The notes under the pieces are model-generated. The model ran no database searches, was not told the DNA's origin, and worked only from the letters and a program-made list of their open reading frames with translations. A stretch of 19,006 nucleotides of DNA from an uncultured Chroococcidiopsis sp. (GTDB lineage: Bacteria > Cyanobacteriota > Cyanobacteriia > Cyanobacteriales > Chroococcidiopsidaceae): positions 1 through 19,006 of the forward strand of contig CAXTYC010000058.1 of the NCBI GenBank assembly GCA_964248365.1, given 5' to 3'. This document shows positions 16,637-19,006 of this stretch, piece after piece (within the stretch, counting starts at the first letter, position 1; the number at the start of each line of letters is the position of its first letter). A program made the translations under genes and the position numbers.

Positions 16637-17551
16637 TTAGCTGGAGTAATTTACAACTGGCGGTGCAGCCGGAGGTAATGTCGTCCAGCCGCTGTGTCCG
16701 CTGAGCGATCGCTCCCTATGTTCGGTAAAAGCGGGATTATTGGCGGCTGTGGGAGTCCGAGTTGCCGCTTGCGCTAGCCACTGATGGTAGGCGGCAGGCG
16801 ATTCAACAATTACATCTGCCTCCATCAGCGCGAAATACGTGCCGCTAAATTGCGAATCGCGCAGACGATACTTGCCCTCTTGCAGCGGCGTAACCGTAAA
16901 CGTAATGGCGCGATTCGGAATAATGTCTTGCTTAACGCGAAATTCCGGTACGTAAAAGCCGTGTAGCACATCAAGAGATTGCAGTTTCAGCCGCACGCTC
17001 TGATTCACTGGGAGATGCAATTGAGTACTCGTAACATTGCTCTGGGGATAGCGAAATGACCACGACCACTGCTTTGCCGTCACCTCAACTTCTTCTGCCG
17101 CCAGCTTCTGATCGGGATTGAGTTGTGTTGGTTTGGTTTGAGCATTTGCGGGTTCCCCTAACAGATGCAGATGCACAATTGGCGTAAGTCCCTGAAGATT
17201 CAACTGTTGATAAATCTTGAAACTTTGCGCCGACAGCCACAATACCAGCAGCAGGGGAGCTACTGTCCAAGCTGTTTCCAGTCGCCAATCTTGACGGGCG
17301 GGGTGTCCGTGACTCCAATCGCCTCGCGGTGCGCGATCAAAGACAACTGAGTACAGAATCATTCCCGTCAAGCCAATAAATACAAACGTGCCGATCGATA
17401 CCAGAAAACTAAATAAATTATCGACTTGTTTCGCTTCTGCGGTCGCTTGGCTGGGCATCCAACCGAACGCCTGATGTCCCATCCACCGACTGACAATTAG
17501 GTTGGCGGCGATAAAGATGGCTAGTAGAACTCGATTAAAAACTTTTCTCAT
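16637..17551 (-). CDS. ctaC: Heme-copper oxidase subunit II lacking the CuA site (ARTO type)
   Basis: Transmembrane helices, LETAWT, QWSWSFRYP and DVLHGFYVP. The CxExCGxxH motif is replaced by DSQFSGTYF. Confidence 0.93.
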   Translation of the reverse strand: MRKVFNRVLLAIFIAANLIVSRWMGHQAFGWMPSQATAEAKQVDNLFSFLVSIGTFVFIGLTGMILYSVVFDRAPRGDWSHGHPARQDWRLETAWTVAPLLLVLWLSAQSFKIYQQLNLQGLTPIVHLHLLGEPANAQTKPTQLNPDQKLAAEEVEVTAKQWSWSFRYPQSNVTSTQLHLPVNQSVRLKLQSLDVLHGFYVPEFRVKQDIIPNRAITFTVTPLQEGKYRLRDSQFSGTYFALMEADVIVESPAAYHQWLAQAATRTPTAANNPAFTEHRERSLSGHSGWTTLPPAAPPVVNYSS

Positions 17552-17554
17552 AGC

Positions 17555-18157
17555 TTACTTAAGTACCTCACCAGGATTCTGCCCCTGCCGCAGTAATCCC
17601 GCCGCTGTGTTATGAACGCCAAATTCATCGCCTAATTGCGCTCCTAACGTACCTTGAACAAATAAGAGACCGAACATGACAATTCCAACCAGCAAGTAGC
17701 TCCACTGCACTTGTCGAGGTGATTCTTTACGCCAGCGGTAACGCTGAAAGCCCCGCCAAACACTCATACCGACGATCGCCCCCAGCAGCAAAATCCCACT
17801 CAAGCCATGCAAAATCATAGTAGCACTGGCGCTCAGTCCCCAAGCACTTTTCATATCAGTTGGTGGATTTGCCAACATGATCTCGAAAAAGCCAGCCGCA
17901 ACGGTGAAAATGGTAATGATGGCCGCTGCCAAAAGGTTATACCAGCCAACATCATAAAATCCTGAGCGAGTTGCCGTGACGGCAAACACTTTGAACAGCG
18001 GACGTTCGAGCGGAAACAAGTTTCCGGCAATGTCAAAAATTACTGCAATAATAAATAGTCCCAGCGTCAAATGCACTAGCTTTGGATGCAGTGGAAGCTC
18101 GTAAGGCAACTCATTTGCACCTAACTTCAGGCTCACATCCAGCAGTAGCAAATTCAT
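17555..18157 (-). CDS. DUF2231-type membrane protein (200 aa)
   Basis: HPKLVHL motif, four hydrophobic helices and a later His (ILHGLSG). Its ATG overlaps the upstream stop (ATGA). This is the usual position before cyanobacterial ARTO genes. Confidence 0.85.
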   Translation of the reverse strand: MNLLLLDVSLKLGANELPYELPLHPKLVHLTLGLFIIAVIFDIAGNLFPLERPLFKVFAVTATRSGFYDVGWYNLLAAAIITIFTVAAGFFEIMLANPPTDMKSAWGLSASATMILHGLSGILLLGAIVGMSVWRGFQRYRWRKESPRQVQWSYLLVGIVMFGLLFVQGTLGAQLGDEFGVHNTAAGLLRQGQNPGEVLK

Positions 18158-18648
18158 TGCAAAACTCCCTTGCGCGCTGCTTCGGCTACGGGTTCAACGT
18201 GCAAGCCGTACACCCAAACCAGTCGTGTGCCTAAAATCATCTGAAAGAACACAATACACACTAAAATCGTTGCCACGCCTAAGTAGATTGGAGACACCTT
18301 GATGGGATCGCGCGATCGCATTACAAATCGCCATGCTGTAACCGCTACGAGAATTGCCGACAGCGACCAACCGATAATCGTATGTAAGTTTAACGTTGGC
18401 TTAACGGCTGCATAAGGTTGCGCGATTCCGGCTTCAAATTGACCAAATAAAATGGCAATAAAAATGGAAACGGATGCGACAACCAAATTCCAAAAGCTCA
18501 CTTCGTACAAACGATGATTGCGCGTGAAATAGCCCACCACATCGCAGAAAAACGAGAAGAATACCATTGCGATGATAAAGTGAACCACGATCGGATGAAT
18601 CGGATCAGGATATGGAAGATTCTGAGCATTCAACGGCAAAGTAGGCAC
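18154..18648 (-). CDS. DUF2231-type membrane protein (164 aa), first gene of the ARTO operon
   Basis: PYPDPIHPIVVHF and NLHTIIGW; paralogous to the next gene. Start moved to GTG 18648 because GAGGAGG lies 5 nt upstream. Confidence 0.85.
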   Translation of the reverse strand: MPTLPLNAQNLPYPDPIHPIVVHFIIAMVFFSFFCDVVGYFTRNHRLYEVSFWNLVVASVSIFIAILFGQFEAGIAQPYAAVKPTLNLHTIIGWSLSAILVAVTAWRFVMRSRDPIKVSPIYLGVATILVCIVFFQMILGTRLVWVYGLHVEPVAEAARKGVLQ

Positions 18649-18860
18649 GATATCCTCCTCACCTGATTGTGTAAGCAATTATACTTGAGATAAATTGTGA
18701 ACCGCTACGCCCATCAGAATAATAAAGTATAACTTAAATTTCTCTATTCCTTTGGAGTGAATTACTGATTCATCAAAAATTTTGCAAAATTGTGATGATA
18801 ATCGCCAGCAGGAGTTCACTTGATTTCTGACCTTGGGTAGACTTTTTTTGTTTCTCGCAA

Positions 18861-18965
18861 CGGCGCATAGACGCTAAGGAGCCTCTGCGCGACCGTAGCC
18901 GCGATCGTTCGGACGCAAAAAGGAGCGCTAGGCTCCTTATGCAATACGTCTAATCAATACAGCCG
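18861..18965. repeat. Bulged hairpin element upstream of the ARTO operon
   Basis: TAAGGAGCCT 18875-18884 / AGGCTCCTTA 18930-18939, TAGACG 18868-18873 / CGTCTA 18947-18952, and CGGC 18861-18864 / GCCG 18962-18965. Confidence 0.65.
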
Positions 18966-19006
18966 CGTGGAGTACTAAAGAGGCAAAAGATCAACTGTTG
19001 CAACTA

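Larger units (their letters stand above)
2366..18319. repeat. Dispersed HIP1 octamers (GCGATCGC)
   Basis: At least 20 copies by eye, e.g. 2366, 2407, 2670, 4525, 5361, 6476, 6823, 6995, 7811, 9201, 9811, 10365, 10392, 10905, 13161, 13842, 13952, 15727, 16258, 16705, 18312. HIP1 is a cyanobacterial hallmark. Confidence 0.95.

Noticed and set aside
16820..16870. Loss of CuA ligands as a novelty or pseudogene sign
   Set aside because: This is the known signature of cyanobacterial ARTO subunit II.
943..18036. Short antisense or alternative-frame ORFs inside the large genes (e.g. 1740-2363, 9276-9737, 13296-13640, 15210-15539)
   Set aside because: Shadow ORFs of well-supported genes with no independent motifs.
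18671..18684. GTA-N8-TAC NtcA-like site
   Set aside because: Only six specified bases, and too close to the start codon for a typical NtcA-activated promoter; may be chance.

Overview
Cyanobacterial DNA (at least 20 HIP1 octamers, GCGATCGC) that looks like an accessory island or plasmid region. It holds three cargo modules. (1) A two-gene NitT/TauT-type ABC transporter on the minus strand. (2) A Pls/PosA-family single-module NRPS (A-T plus membrane/LbH terminal domain) followed by a secreted BPL_N/class I GATase-fold protein on the plus strand. (3) A six-gene minus-strand operon: two DUF2231 membrane proteins, a CuA-less heme-copper oxidase (ARTO, subunits II, I, III) and a type II NAD(P)H dehydrogenase. 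The spacers hold decayed mobile DNA: an ISAs1 fragment, a frameshifted IS1, and the first 33 codons of a Tn554-like TnpA tyrosine recombinase cut by that IS1. The most unusual signal is non-coding. A family of structured elements (about 80-120 bp when simple) has conserved, non-identical left and right ends and an A-tract/T-tract inner stem whose sequence varies but stays self-complementary. These elements are nested inside one another at 3837-4389 and recur at 82-136, 5549-5749 and 12474-12590, i.e. at the module boundaries. Their layout resembles folded single-strand recombination sites (integron attC, CTX attP), but no cognate recombinase is intact in this window, so the function is a hypothesis. 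All alignments were done by eye.
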